From: Burkholderiaceae bacterium
GTDB lineage: Bacteria > Pseudomonadota > Gammaproteobacteria > Burkholderiales > Burkholderiaceae_E
Direction of reading: 5' to 3'
Assembly: GCA_040401595.1 (NCBI GenBank)
Contig: JBBAOE010000003.1
Coordinates: 139,459 to 203,458, forward strand
Length of the DNA: 64,000 nucleotides
Both the position numbers and the translations under genes were made by a program. This document shows, in pieces, positions 25,085 to 34,807 of this stretch. The notes under the pieces were generated by a model. It did no database searches and was not told where the DNA came from. It saw nothing but the letters and a program-made list of their open reading frames with translations. Within the stretch, counting starts at the first letter, position 1, and every line of letters begins with the position of its first letter.

Positions 25085-26071
25085 ATGGACAGTCTGGACC
25101 TGCAGGTTCTTGCGCAAGCGCGCGACTGGCTCAATGAAGGCCATGGGGTCTGGCTGGTGACCGTCATCGAGACCTGGGGTTCGGCGCCACGCCCGCCCGG
25201 GGCACTTCTGGCGTTGCGCAATGACGGTCTTGTTGTGGGCTCCGTCTCTGGGGGCTGTGTCGAGGATGACCTGATCGATCGGGTTCGTCATGGCGAACGG
25301 GTTGATCATCCCTCGCTCGTGACCTATGGTGTCACCAAGGAAGAGGCTGCGCGCTTCGGCCTGCCCTGTGGCGGCAATCTTCGCCTGGTGCAGGAGCCCT
25401 TGCGCGCCAGTGGCTGGGTCGATGAAGTGTTAACGCGGACCTCTGCCCATGAACTCGTGGCACGCCGCCTTGACCTACAGACCGGCGAGGTGACGGTTGA
25501 GGTGGCCGATCGTGCAGACACCTTTGCCTTCGATGGCAAAACGCTGCGCGCCCTGTTTGGGCCCCGCTGGCGATTGCTGATGATCGGTGCCGGGCAGCTG
25601 TCGCGTGCCGTTGCAACGATGGCGCTCGCACTCGATTTTGACGTGATCTGCTGTGATCCTCGAGAGGAGTATCACCTGACTTGGGACGTTCCCGGCACGA
25701 CGTTCAGCAAGGCAATGCCCGATGACCTGGTCCTTGAACTCGCACTCGATCCGCATAGTGCGGTGATCGCATTGACACATGACCCCAAGCTCGACGACAT
25801 GACGCTGCTGGAGGCGCTGCGTTCGCCAGCCTTCTATATCGGTGCGCTGGGTTCGCGCGGCAACACGCAGAAGCGCAAGGAGCGCCTGAAGGAATTCGAT
25901 CTGACTGAGGCGCAGATCGATCGCCTGCACGGCCCGATCGGCCTTGATCTTGGCAGCAAGACGCCAGCGGAAATTGCGGTCTCCATCGTGGCGGAGATCA
26001 TCGCCGTACGAAACGGTGTTGCGCTGGCCCAGAAGAAAACAGGTTCCTCGATCCCTGGGGCTAAGACCTAG
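25085..26071 (+). CDS. XdhC/CoxI-family molybdenum cofactor insertion chaperone
   Basis: An N-terminal XdhC_CoxI-like region (GSAPRPPGA) is followed by a Rossmann-like LLMIGAGQLS. Confidence 0.8.
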   Translation: MDSLDLQVLAQARDWLNEGHGVWLVTVIETWGSAPRPPGALLALRNDGLVVGSVSGGCVEDDLIDRVRHGERVDHPSLVTYGVTKEEAARFGLPCGGNLRLVQEPLRASGWVDEVLTRTSAHELVARRLDLQTGEVTVEVADRADTFAFDGKTLRALFGPRWRLLMIGAGQLSRAVATMALALDFDVICCDPREEYHLTWDVPGTTFSKAMPDDLVLELALDPHSAVIALTHDPKLDDMTLLEALRSPAFYIGALGSRGNTQKRKERLKEFDLTEAQIDRLHGPIGLDLGSKTPAEIAVSIVAEIIAVRNGVALAQKKTGSSIPGAKT

Positions 26072-27038
26072 CCACGGCGGCGTCGGTGGCCAGGAGCGTG
26101 CCGTTCAACAGGCCATAAAGGGTTGCGAGTAGCAGAGCTGCGATGAGCAGCGTGCTCAGTCCAAGCAAACCCAGTGCAGCGACATACAAGGGGCCGGTCG
26201 ATGAGACGCTCAGACTCAGCGCCGAAAACGCCGCCAACGGAAAGCTCATCCCCCAGTGCGCCATGCCAAAGGGAAGACGGGCGATGCGCGGCACAAGTGG
26301 CAGGACCCAGCAGAGGGTAAAGAGGGCAAGTCCCCAGAAGGCCCATCCCACGAGGAGTGGGAAGTTGAAGAGCAATGCATCCAGTCCAATCAGCGCAGGC
26401 GGCGCGATCAGGATGAAGTTGGTGGGAATCAAACGGTCTGGCCAGAGCCCCTGATGGGCGATCCGGACCACCAGCAAGGCGAGGGCGATCGGCCATAGGG
26501 CGACGCCGACCATGCATTGCGCCGCCGACCATTCCAGGTGGCCCAGTGGGACCCCGGCCAACGGAACGAGCACACTGCCGACGACTGGGATGAAGAGCGC
26601 TGGCGTTGCGCTGGCCCACTGCAGGCCGCCTTCTGTGCCGGGCCGCCACCAGCGCGAGAGTACCCAGATCGAAACGAACCAGATGCCCAGTGATCCGCCC
26701 CACCAAAGCGCGTCTATTACCGGGCCGCGCAGGCCGAGCGCGACGCCCAATGTCGTGAGCACCAGGACCGAGATCGGCATGGTGGCCACGAACGTATGTC
26801 GTACGGGATGGCGTAGGTCCGCCTGCCATGCGTCGCGATGTCGATGAATTCTGAGCAGGGACGCGCCGGCCAGCGTGACAAAGACGGCGCAGGCGAGCGC
26901 TCCGATGAGCACCGAAATACTTGGGATCGTGGTGCGGTTCCAGGCCATCCCGAGGCCGCAAAGCCCGAGGACCATGGAGAACCAGGCTGGGTCGAGCTGA
27001 GGCAGCTTGGGTTGTCTCAGTAACTCGGGGCTGCGCAT
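26061..27038 (-). CDS. TDT/TehA (SLAC1-like) family anion or dicarboxylate transporter
   Basis: About 10 hydrophobic helices. The N-terminus LPQLDPAWFSMVLGLCGLG is typical of TehA/Mae1-type proteins. Its 3' end overlaps the xdhC-like gene by 11 bp (convergent). Confidence 0.7.
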   Translation of the reverse strand: MRSPELLRQPKLPQLDPAWFSMVLGLCGLGMAWNRTTIPSISVLIGALACAVFVTLAGASLLRIHRHRDAWQADLRHPVRHTFVATMPISVLVLTTLGVALGLRGPVIDALWWGGSLGIWFVSIWVLSRWWRPGTEGGLQWASATPALFIPVVGSVLVPLAGVPLGHLEWSAAQCMVGVALWPIALALLVVRIAHQGLWPDRLIPTNFILIAPPALIGLDALLFNFPLLVGWAFWGLALFTLCWVLPLVPRIARLPFGMAHWGMSFPLAAFSALSLSVSSTGPLYVAALGLLGLSTLLIAALLLATLYGLLNGTLLATDAAVARS

Positions 27039-27119
27039 TGGCTCAGATTGCCCCAGGGACTCTTGGCGTTTCAGATGGATCCTGTAGAAGCTCGAGTATT
27101 CAGACGCCAGAGGTCAATC

Positions 27120-27149
27120 GCTTTCTGGAATGGCGCTTTCTGGAATGGC
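27120..27149. repeat. Perfect tandem duplication of a 15-mer (GCTTTCTGGAATGGC x2)
   Basis: Read directly from the intergenic region between the divergent TehA-like gene (start 27038) and panE (start 27221). Confidence 0.7.
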
Positions 27150-27220
27150 ACTTCCATGCAAGACTTGATCATCGTGCAGATGATAAAACCGATTGAACTT
27201 GGAAGGGCGCGGGATAAGCG

Positions 27221-28216
27221 ATGATTCTTGTCATGGGTGCCGGGGCAGTCGGCTGTTTTCTTGGCGGGCTCCTGCAGGCGTCGGGGCTCGAGGTCGTCTA
27301 CGTGGGGCGACCGAAGGTGCTCGATGCCTTGTCCACTCATGGGCTGACCCTGACCGATCTGGAGGGACGTCGGCTTACCATCGATGCGCGTGACCTGAGG
27401 CTCGCTACCGAGGTACCAGCGGGGCTTGTGCCGTCCGTGACACTGCTATGTGTCAAGGCCGGTGCGACACCGGAGGCGGCAATGAGCCTTCAGTCCAGCC
27501 TCCCTGCCGGCAGTGTGGTCGTCTCCATGCAAAACGGGATCGGACAGGCAGGCCGTGCCGAGCGTGTTGCACCATCGTTGTGTTTTCTCGATGGGATGGT
27601 CTCGTTCAATATTGCGAACCTTGGTGCGGGTCAGTACCACCGTGGAACGGCCGGATTTTTGGCGGCAACTGACCACCCGATGCTGCAAGCCGTCGTCGCG
27701 GCGTATCGTTCTCAGCAACTCGGGCTGCGGCTGGTTGCGGATATGCGTCCGATTCAGTGGGGAAAACTCCTGCTGAACTTGAATAACCCCGTCAACGCGC
27801 TATCCGGACTGCCACTTCGCGAAGAATTGATGCAAGACGGCTACCGACGTTGCCTGGCGGCACTGCAGGAAGAGGCCCTGGGGGTCCTGGGCGCGGCAGT
27901 GATCGAGCCTGCACAGCTGACCGCGGTCGCGCCACGGACGTTTTTGCGCGTGTTGCGGTTGCCGACCTTTCTGTTTCGCGTATTGGCCAGGCAAGCGCTC
28001 AAGATCGATGTCAAGGCACGCTCCAGTATGGCCGATGATCTGAGCGCGGGGCGCCAAACTGAAATTATCTGGTTGTGCGGTGAGGTTCAACGCTTGGCAG
28101 AGTCGGTCGGGCTCAATGCCCCCTTGAATGCGCGGATGCAGGCTCTGGTGGAGGCCTGGCCGCAGCGCGGGGCGCCGTATTCCCCCAGGCAACTGATGGA
28201 GTCTCTCGGAATTTGA
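27221..28216 (+). CDS. panE: 2-dehydropantoate 2-reductase (ApbA/PanE family)
   Basis: N-terminal MILVMGAGAVGCFLGG Rossmann motif, with PanE-like length and a C-terminal domain. Confidence 0.8.
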   Translation: MILVMGAGAVGCFLGGLLQASGLEVVYVGRPKVLDALSTHGLTLTDLEGRRLTIDARDLRLATEVPAGLVPSVTLLCVKAGATPEAAMSLQSSLPAGSVVVSMQNGIGQAGRAERVAPSLCFLDGMVSFNIANLGAGQYHRGTAGFLAATDHPMLQAVVAAYRSQQLGLRLVADMRPIQWGKLLLNLNNPVNALSGLPLREELMQDGYRRCLAALQEEALGVLGAAVIEPAQLTAVAPRTFLRVLRLPTFLFRVLARQALKIDVKARSSMADDLSAGRQTEIIWLCGEVQRLAESVGLNAPLNARMQALVEAWPQRGAPYSPRQLMESLGI

Positions 28217-28308
28217 CGATTAGCCCGCGACAAGTTCATGTGCACTTGAGGAATTTTCATCCAAGCTTGTCCAGACCAACTGTCGTGCGCTTCATGCGGG
28301 AGGGACTC

Positions 28309-28737
28309 ATGCGCAATGTCGGAGCGTTTCTGAAGGACCAACGGGGGCCGGTCTGGTCAGTCCACCCCGATCAGACTGTCCGTGAAGCGCTTGAGCTTCT
28401 GGCCAGACACAACATCGGCGCGTTGCTCGTCCTGCGCGATGCGCATCTGGAGGGTGTCTTTTCGGAACGCGATTACGCCCGCAAGGTTGCCTTGGAGGGG
28501 CGCAGCAGCAACGACACCCGGATCGCCGAGGTCATGACAACCCACGTTATCCACGTGTCGCCCGAACACTCGATCGAAGCGTGCATGGAGCTGATGACAA
28601 ACCACCGAATCCGCCATCTCCCGGTCCTCGATGGCGATCAGTTGATAGGCCTGATCTCTATCGGAGATGTGGTGCGGGAGATGCTTGCGGCGCAACAGTT
28701 TTTAATCGATCAGTTGCACCATTACATCGCTGGCTGA
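28309..28737 (+). CDS. CBS-pair domain protein
   Basis: This is ORF 28213.. trimmed to ATG 28309, which has GGAGG 5 nt upstream. Two CBS repeats are present (HNIGALLV.. and HRIRHLPVLD..GLISIGD). Confidence 0.8.
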   Translation: MRNVGAFLKDQRGPVWSVHPDQTVREALELLARHNIGALLVLRDAHLEGVFSERDYARKVALEGRSSNDTRIAEVMTTHVIHVSPEHSIEACMELMTNHRIRHLPVLDGDQLIGLISIGDVVREMLAAQQFLIDQLHHYIAG

Positions 28738-28805
28738 TCCATCGTCGCGGGCGTTGGTCGAGCCGAACCTGGGGCCGCGAGGCACCGGGTTCCTGCGTCC
28801 CTGCG

Positions 28806-30239
28806 TTACAGCCCGGCCTGCGTCACAAACTTGCTGTTGAGGTAGGCGCTGATCGCTTCACTACCGCCTTCCGAGCCGTAGCCCGAGTCCTTGACCCCGC
28901 CAAAGGGGGTTTCAGGAATTCCCAGACCCACGTGGTTGATCGAAATCATGCCGGTCTCGACCGAAGCCGCAATCGCTTGCGCGGTTTTGGCCGAACGGGT
29001 CCAGGCGTAGGCAGCCAGTCCGAACGGCAACCGATTGGCCTCACGCACGGCATCTTCGAAGCTGCCAAACGGATTGATCACCGCGAGAGGGCCGAATGGC
29101 TCTTCGTTCATGGCGCGAGCATCATTCTCGAGTTCCGTCACGACGGTCGGTTCCCAGAAGTTGCCGTGTTTGCCGATTTCATGGCCGCCTGCGCGCACTT
29201 TGCCCCCATGTTTCTGTGCATCCTCGATGTTGGCCTGCATGGCTGTGATGCGCCGCGGGTTGGCGAGAGAGCCCATCTGGGTGCCCGCTTCCAGGCCATT
29301 ACCGACCTTCAGCTTATTGGCGTGGGCAACGAACTGTTCGACGAAGCTGGGATAGATGCCTTCCTGCACCAGAAAACGGGTGGGCGAGATGCAGACCTGA
29401 CCGGCATTGCGGAATTTGCTCGCGGCCATCACCTTGGCGGCGACCGCGGCATCGGCATCGTCAAAGATGATCACGGGGGCATGGCCACCGAGTTCCATCG
29501 TGGCGCGCTTCATGTGCTGGCCCGCCATTGCCGCCAGATGCTTACCCACGACGGTTGAACCGGTGAACGAAATCTTGCGGATGATGGGATGCGGGATCAA
29601 ATACGACGAAATGGCGGCCGGGTCGCCGTAGACCAGATTGACCACACCAGCCGGTATTCCAGCATCCACAAAGCACCGAACCAGTTCTGCGGGAGACGCT
29701 GGAGTCTCTTCGGGCGCCTTGATGATGATCGAGCATCCTGCCGCGACGGCCATCGAAAGCTTGCGCACGACCTGATTGACAGGGAAGTTCCAGGGCGTGA
29801 AGGCAGCGACCGGGCCGACCGGTTCCCGCACGAGCAGCTGGTAGACGCCCTCGGCGCGCGCCGGGATCACCTGGCCGTAGGTGCGCCGCGCCTCTTCTGC
29901 GAACCAGTCGATGATGTCCGCCGAGTTGAGGATTTCCATTTTGGCTTCGGCGAGCGGTTTGCCTTGCTCCATGGTCATGGCCTGGCACACGCGATCGACG
30001 CGATCCCGCAGCAATTGAGCCGCCTTGCGCATGACCTTGGAACGCTCGAATGCGGACACCTTGCGCCACACAGCGAAGCCTCGATCGGCCGCTTCGAGCG
30101 CTCGGTCCAGATCCGCCTGTTCGGCAAACGCAACCGTGCCGATGGGCTCCCCAGTTGCGGGATTCACCACCGGGATCGTGCGCCCTGCCGCCGCATCGCA
30201 CCAGGCGCCGTCGATGAAGAGTTGAGTATTTGGATACAT
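28806..30239 (-). CDS. NAD(P)-dependent aldehyde dehydrogenase, succinate-semialdehyde dehydrogenase-like
   Basis: Trimmed to ATG 30239 ([13 protein letters not shown]). Motifs: FTPWNFP, ELGGHAP and GQVCISPTR (catalytic Cys). The 110-codon upstream extension in the ORF track is Arg/Gly/Trp-rich and implausible. Confidence 0.85.
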   Translation of the reverse strand: MYPNTQLFIDGAWCDAAAGRTIPVVNPATGEPIGTVAFAEQADLDRALEAADRGFAVWRKVSAFERSKVMRKAAQLLRDRVDRVCQAMTMEQGKPLAEAKMEILNSADIIDWFAEEARRTYGQVIPARAEGVYQLLVREPVGPVAAFTPWNFPVNQVVRKLSMAVAAGCSIIIKAPEETPASPAELVRCFVDAGIPAGVVNLVYGDPAAISSYLIPHPIIRKISFTGSTVVGKHLAAMAGQHMKRATMELGGHAPVIIFDDADAAVAAKVMAASKFRNAGQVCISPTRFLVQEGIYPSFVEQFVAHANKLKVGNGLEAGTQMGSLANPRRITAMQANIEDAQKHGGKVRAGGHEIGKHGNFWEPTVVTELENDARAMNEEPFGPLAVINPFGSFEDAVREANRLPFGLAAYAWTRSAKTAQAIAASVETGMISINHVGLGIPETPFGGVKDSGYGSEGGSEAISAYLNSKFVTQAGL

Positions 30240-30247
30240 GCTTTTCC

Positions 30248-31558
30248 TCAGCTGGCCTGAACCGCACGGGCGGATGCCTGAGCCGCGTATTTCCCCAGCT
30301 CCAGTTTGGCCAGCGCAGCGCGGTGGACCTCGTCGGGGCCATCGGCAAAGCGCAGTGTGCGCGCCCCAGCCCACATGCCAGCCAGGGGGAAGTCGCCGCT
30401 GACACCACCACCGCCATGGGCCTGAATCGCCTGGTCGATGATGTCGCAGGCGACATTGGGTGCGACGACCTTGATCATCGCGATTTCGGCCTGGGCGGAC
30501 TTGTTGCCAGCCTTGTCCATGATCCAGGCCGCTTTCATCGTCAGCAAGCGGGCCATCTCGATCCGGCAACGCGCATCGGCGATCCGCTCATGCCAGACGC
30601 TTTGGGTGGAAACCGGGCGACCGAAGGCGACCCGGCTGGTCAGGCGTTTACACATCAATTCGAGGGCGCGCTCGGCCAGGCCAAGCAGGCGCATGCAATG
30701 GTGGATCCGCCCTGGTCCGAGGCGGCCCTGAGCGATTTCGAAACCGCGCCCTTCGCCCAGCAGGATGTTGGAGGCTGGAACCCGGGCATGATCGAAGACG
30801 ACTTCGCAGTGCCCATGGGGTGCATCGTCGTAGCCATAGACACTGAGTGGGCGCAGGATTTTGACGCCTTCGGTGTCGACCGGCACCAGAATCATCGACT
30901 GCTGCTGGTGACGATTGGCATTCGTGGGGTCGCTCTTGCCCATGACGATCATGATTTTGCAACGCGGGTCACCCGCGCCGCTGATCCACCACTTTCGGCC
31001 CGTGATCACATACTCATCCCCGTCACGTTCGATGCGGGTCTCGATATTCGTTGCATCGCTCGAGGCGACGGCTGGTTCGGTCATCGCAAACGCCGACCGA
31101 ATCTCTCCCGCCAGCAGCGGCTTGAGCCAGCGCTCGCGATGTTCAGGCGCAGCGTAGCGGCGCAGCGTCTCCATGTTGCCGGTATCGGGAGCGCTGCAAT
31201 TGAAGACTTCTGGCGCCCACGGAATCTGGCCCATGATTTCGGCCAGCGGCGCGTACTCGACATTGGTCAGGCCTGCGCCGTGTTCGGCCGAGAATTGCGC
31301 ATGGAATTCTGAATGAGCTCCGCCCGCCTGGCCGCCCGATGGGTCGGTGGCCGGCAACCAGAGGTTCCAGAGCCCGGCTGCGCGAGCCTTGGGCTTGAGT
31401 TCTTCAATCACCGGCAGGGGTGACCAACGCTGGCCGCGCGCGGTCTGTTCGGCCAGTTCTTCTTCGAAGCGATGCTCCGCAGGGTAGACGTGAGTTTGCA
31501 TGAAAGCGCGAACGCGCTCCTGAAGCGCCTGGGCGCGGGGGGTATGAGCAAAGTCCAT
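30248..31558 (-). CDS. Acyl-CoA dehydrogenase of the ACAD10/ACAD11 (FadE2-like) type
   Basis: The N-terminal [14 protein letters not shown] motif and overall layout match the ACAD domain of ACAD10/11-type proteins, and the C-terminal helical domain is typical. Confidence 0.85.
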   Translation of the reverse strand: MDFAHTPRAQALQERVRAFMQTHVYPAEHRFEEELAEQTARGQRWSPLPVIEELKPKARAAGLWNLWLPATDPSGGQAGGAHSEFHAQFSAEHGAGLTNVEYAPLAEIMGQIPWAPEVFNCSAPDTGNMETLRRYAAPEHRERWLKPLLAGEIRSAFAMTEPAVASSDATNIETRIERDGDEYVITGRKWWISGAGDPRCKIMIVMGKSDPTNANRHQQQSMILVPVDTEGVKILRPLSVYGYDDAPHGHCEVVFDHARVPASNILLGEGRGFEIAQGRLGPGRIHHCMRLLGLAERALELMCKRLTSRVAFGRPVSTQSVWHERIADARCRIEMARLLTMKAAWIMDKAGNKSAQAEIAMIKVVAPNVACDIIDQAIQAHGGGGVSGDFPLAGMWAGARTLRFADGPDEVHRAALAKLELGKYAAQASARAVQAS

Positions 31559-31676
31559 GGGTCTTGGTCTCCGATTTGATCGTTCAGATGTTGGGAATCA
31601 GATGGTGGAAATGAGCGGTGTCGTCGGTCCGGGCTGTATCCGTCGCCGATGTTGGTTGAGAGTCAGGGCGTTTCGT

Positions 31677-33629
31677 TCAGGAAAGGTCAGCCGCGGATGC
31701 GCGAGCGGTGCGCCAACCAAGCTCAGCCAGTGGCCGTGCCCGCTTGCCGGATTGGATGGCTTCGGCGCTAGAGGCTGTGCCATCGACCGCTCGCTTCATG
31801 ATTCCCTGCAGGATACCGGCGAGCCGGAACAGGTTGAACGCTAGGTAAAACCGCCATGCTTGCGGCGCGATCGCCTGACGACCGGTGCGCTCGAGATAAC
31901 GGTCTAAATAAGCCTGCGCGGTCGGAATGCCAAGGCTGGGCAGATCCAGACCCGTCATCCCACGGAATACGTTCGGCTCGAGGTGCCAGACCATGACGTT
32001 ATAGGAAAAATCAGCGAGTGGATGGCCTAGCGTGGAGAGTTCCCAGTCCAGCACTGCCAGCACCCTGGGTTCGTTCTTCGCAAAGATCAAGTTATCCAGA
32101 CGGAAATCCCCATGCACGATTGCGGTTTCGTCACCGGCCGGAATATGCGCTGGCAACCAGTCGATCAGGGCTTCCATCGCGTCGATCTTTTCTGTTTCAC
32201 TCGCGCGGTACTGTTTGGTCCAGCGCGTGATCTGGCGCTCGAAGTAATTGCCCGGGCGACCAAAGTCGCCGAGCCCAACGGCTGCATAATCGACCTGGTG
32301 GAGCGCGGAGATGACCCGGTTCATGTCGTCGAAGATGGCGGTGCGCTCGGCATTGGAGAATCCGGGCAGACTCGGGTCCCAGAGGACGCGACCGTCAACA
32401 TGTTCCATCCAGTAGAACGCCCGCCCGATCACGGATTCGTCTTCGCACAGCGCCACCATCTTCGCGACCGGAACATCGGTGCTGGCGAGCGCTTGCTGAA
32501 CGCGGAATTCCCGTTCGATGGCATGTGCCGAGGGCAGGAGTTTCGATGCCGGTCCCGGTTTGGTGCGCATGACCCAGCGTCGGCCAAGACCATCGCGGTC
32601 CAGCGCCGCGCTGGACCCGCCCGAACCCGCTCCTTGCTGCGCGTTGCGCGCAGTCACCAGATAGGTGGGATTCGATTGGCCCCCTTTGAACTGGGTGACT
32701 TCCAGGCCATGTTGCGCCTCGGGAATATGGCTGCGAGCCCAGGCCTCCAGGGCTTCGAGTTCGAAGCGATGGCTGTCAGCGATCGGTTTGGTGCCCACGA
32801 AGGCCGAGGCTGCATCGAACGATTTCGAGGCTGGGCTCTGGGTGGCGGCGGCCGCCGCTGCATCAGTGGGTGCGCCGTTGATTGCACTGCTCATTGCGTT
32901 TGAACTCCCCGGATTGGACTTGCGCCAGACAAGGTACTGCATCAGCAGATTTTCCATCGTCGAATGCCGGCTCCTGGGTTGGAGCAAATCGACAGCCGAG
33001 ACGTTGACATGACGAATGATCCAATCCCGATCGGCCTCGCCGACATCGAGCGCATTGATGCAGGCGGGTGCTTGTGAAAGGCCGCCCAGCAGTGTTCGGC
33101 TCCCGGTCAGGGCATACGAGAGCACCACCCGATTCACGCCCCCGTGCAGGACCAGGAGGACGGTGCGCCAGGTCGGATCATGGCGAAGACGGGCGATCGC
33201 GGGATGAACCCGGTCCATGAGTTCGCCGATGGATTCGCCACCGAGGAAACGGGTCTGCTCGTCGACCGTCCCTTCAAACGCGCCCAGAAATGACTGACGC
33301 AGATCTTCGTCCGGGATCGCCGTGAGATGGCCGCCACGAATTTCCTGCAGTTCGGGCCAGGCTTCCAGAGTCGTCTCCGGGTGGTTCGCCGCGGCGAGAA
33401 CGCGGGTCGCGGTTTCGACGGTGCGGTTCAGGCCGCTGGTAATGACCCGATCAAAGTGGATTGCCTCGGCCCCGAACATACGCCCCGCAGCATCGGCCTG
33501 GTCGCGGCCTTCGGCGTCGAGTGAAATCGTGAGCGGATCAAATGGGGAACCGTCCGGCGCAAAGTAGGTGACGCTGCCGTGGCGCATGAGGTAGATGCGG
33601 CGGCGTTCGGGCGGGGTGAAGTGGAGCAT
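31677..33629 (-). CDS. Fusion protein: histidine-phosphatase (PGAM-like) domain + aminoglycoside-phosphotransferase-fold kinase domain
   Basis: The N-terminus carries IYLMRHGSVTY (RHG) and LLVLHGGVNR. An Ala-rich linker follows. The kinase half carries QFKGGQSNPTYLV, IVHGDFRLDNLIF and VLDWELSTLGHPLADF. Confidence 0.8.
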   Translation of the reverse strand: MLHFTPPERRRIYLMRHGSVTYFAPDGSPFDPLTISLDAEGRDQADAAGRMFGAEAIHFDRVITSGLNRTVETATRVLAAANHPETTLEAWPELQEIRGGHLTAIPDEDLRQSFLGAFEGTVDEQTRFLGGESIGELMDRVHPAIARLRHDPTWRTVLLVLHGGVNRVVLSYALTGSRTLLGGLSQAPACINALDVGEADRDWIIRHVNVSAVDLLQPRSRHSTMENLLMQYLVWRKSNPGSSNAMSSAINGAPTDAAAAAATQSPASKSFDAASAFVGTKPIADSHRFELEALEAWARSHIPEAQHGLEVTQFKGGQSNPTYLVTARNAQQGAGSGGSSAALDRDGLGRRWVMRTKPGPASKLLPSAHAIEREFRVQQALASTDVPVAKMVALCEDESVIGRAFYWMEHVDGRVLWDPSLPGFSNAERTAIFDDMNRVISALHQVDYAAVGLGDFGRPGNYFERQITRWTKQYRASETEKIDAMEALIDWLPAHIPAGDETAIVHGDFRLDNLIFAKNEPRVLAVLDWELSTLGHPLADFSYNVMVWHLEPNVFRGMTGLDLPSLGIPTAQAYLDRYLERTGRQAIAPQAWRFYLAFNLFRLAGILQGIMKRAVDGTASSAEAIQSGKRARPLAELGWRTARASAADLS

Positions 33630-33668
33630 GGGACGCGGGGTTGGCGGTGTCGGGCGAAGCCCCCCATT

Positions 33669-34802
33669 TTAGGACAAGGCAGCGAAGCGCTCTACATGCG
33701 TATCGGTATTTCCGGCGCTGATTTCGATGGCCAGCAGACGCTTGAACCAGTGACTCACCACCATCTCGTCGGTCATCCCCATGCCGCCATGCAGTTGCAC
33801 CGCCTCCTCGCGGATGCGTCGAGCCGCTTCGCCGATGGTGACCTTGGCGGCGCACAGTGCTCGTTCACGCTCATGCTCATCCTCGGCATCGCACCGCAAG
33901 GCTGCGAGCAAGCTCATGGAGCGCGCCAGTTCCAGATGAATTTGCATGTCGACCGCCCGATGCTGGAGCGCCTGAAAGCGGCCAATTGGTTGGCCGAACT
34001 GCTGGCGTGTGCGCAGATACTCGATCGTGGCGGTGACGGTCGCCTCCATCACGCCGACCGCTTCAGCGCACAGTGCCGCCAGCCCGATACCGAGCGCCTT
34101 TTCAATCGCTGGCAATGCCGACCCCGCTTGCCCCACACAGGCGCTGGCCGGCAAGTACAAGCCATCGAACCAGAGGTCGGCTGCGCGCAATCCGTCGATG
34201 GTTTTGAAGGCCTTCATGCGCAGGCCTGGGGTGTCGGGGGCAACCAGAAACAGCGAAACGCCCGCGGCATCGCCGGGAGCTCCGCTCAGGCGCGCAGACA
34301 CCAGAAGCGCATCGGCAGCCGGTGCATGGACGATCACGGCTTTGTGCCCGGTCAGACGCCAGCCACCGTCCTCGGCCACGGCATGGGATTCGACCCAGTT
34401 GTTACGACCATGGGATCCAGCTTCCTGGTGCGCCAGGACGACAATCTGTTCGCCCGCTGCCATCGCGGGTAGCAGCGAATCCGCGGTCGCCGGATCGGCG
34501 AAATCCCGCAAGAGCGCCGTCGCAATCACGGCACTTGCCAGGACCGGTTCGGCCAGCAGGGCCGGTCCGGCAGCCTGCATGGCCAGTTCGATCTCCACTG
34601 GTCCAAAGCCCAATCCGCCCCGCGCTTCCGGCACCAGAATGGCGGGTACGCCTAGCTCAGCCAGGCCATTCCAGATGCTTCGGCTCCAGCCCTCGGTACT
34701 GGCCACAATGGCCCGGCGGTCAGCAAATGCATACCGGCCCTTGACAAAGCGTGAGACGGCATCGCGCAGCTGTGTCTGTTCTTCGGTGTAGACAAAATTC
34801 AT
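33669..34802 (-). CDS. Acyl-CoA dehydrogenase family protein
   Basis: Typical ACAD N-terminus MNFVYTEEQTQLRDAV and C-terminal QLHGGMGMTDE. Confidence 0.85.
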   Translation of the reverse strand: MNFVYTEEQTQLRDAVSRFVKGRYAFADRRAIVASTEGWSRSIWNGLAELGVPAILVPEARGGLGFGPVEIELAMQAAGPALLAEPVLASAVIATALLRDFADPATADSLLPAMAAGEQIVVLAHQEAGSHGRNNWVESHAVAEDGGWRLTGHKAVIVHAPAADALLVSARLSGAPGDAAGVSLFLVAPDTPGLRMKAFKTIDGLRAADLWFDGLYLPASACVGQAGSALPAIEKALGIGLAALCAEAVGVMEATVTATIEYLRTRQQFGQPIGRFQALQHRAVDMQIHLELARSMSLLAALRCDAEDEHERERALCAAKVTIGEAARRIREEAVQLHGGMGMTDEMVVSHWFKRLLAIEISAGNTDTHVERFAALS

Positions 34803-34807
34803 GATCT

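Noticed and set aside
27146-27160. Sigma-54-like promoter TGGCAC-ttcca-TGCA upstream of panE
   Set aside because: The GG and GC elements are one nucleotide closer than the strict -24/-12 spacing (TGGCAC-N5-TTGC). No enhancer-binding-protein gene is nearby.
28806-30569. N-terminal extensions in track ORFs: the 587-aa aldehyde dehydrogenase, 1785 btaA-like, 18691 lipoprotein, 19411 coxL, 37844 ligase, 38583 SDR, 46960 SAF dehydrogenase, 49972 SDR, 53183 ArgE-like, 55263 ArsR and 54836 tldD.
   Set aside because: The extensions have atypical composition and overlap neighbouring genes. Internal ATG or TTG starts give canonical family N-termini, often with a Shine-Dalgarno, so I trimmed the coordinates accordingly.
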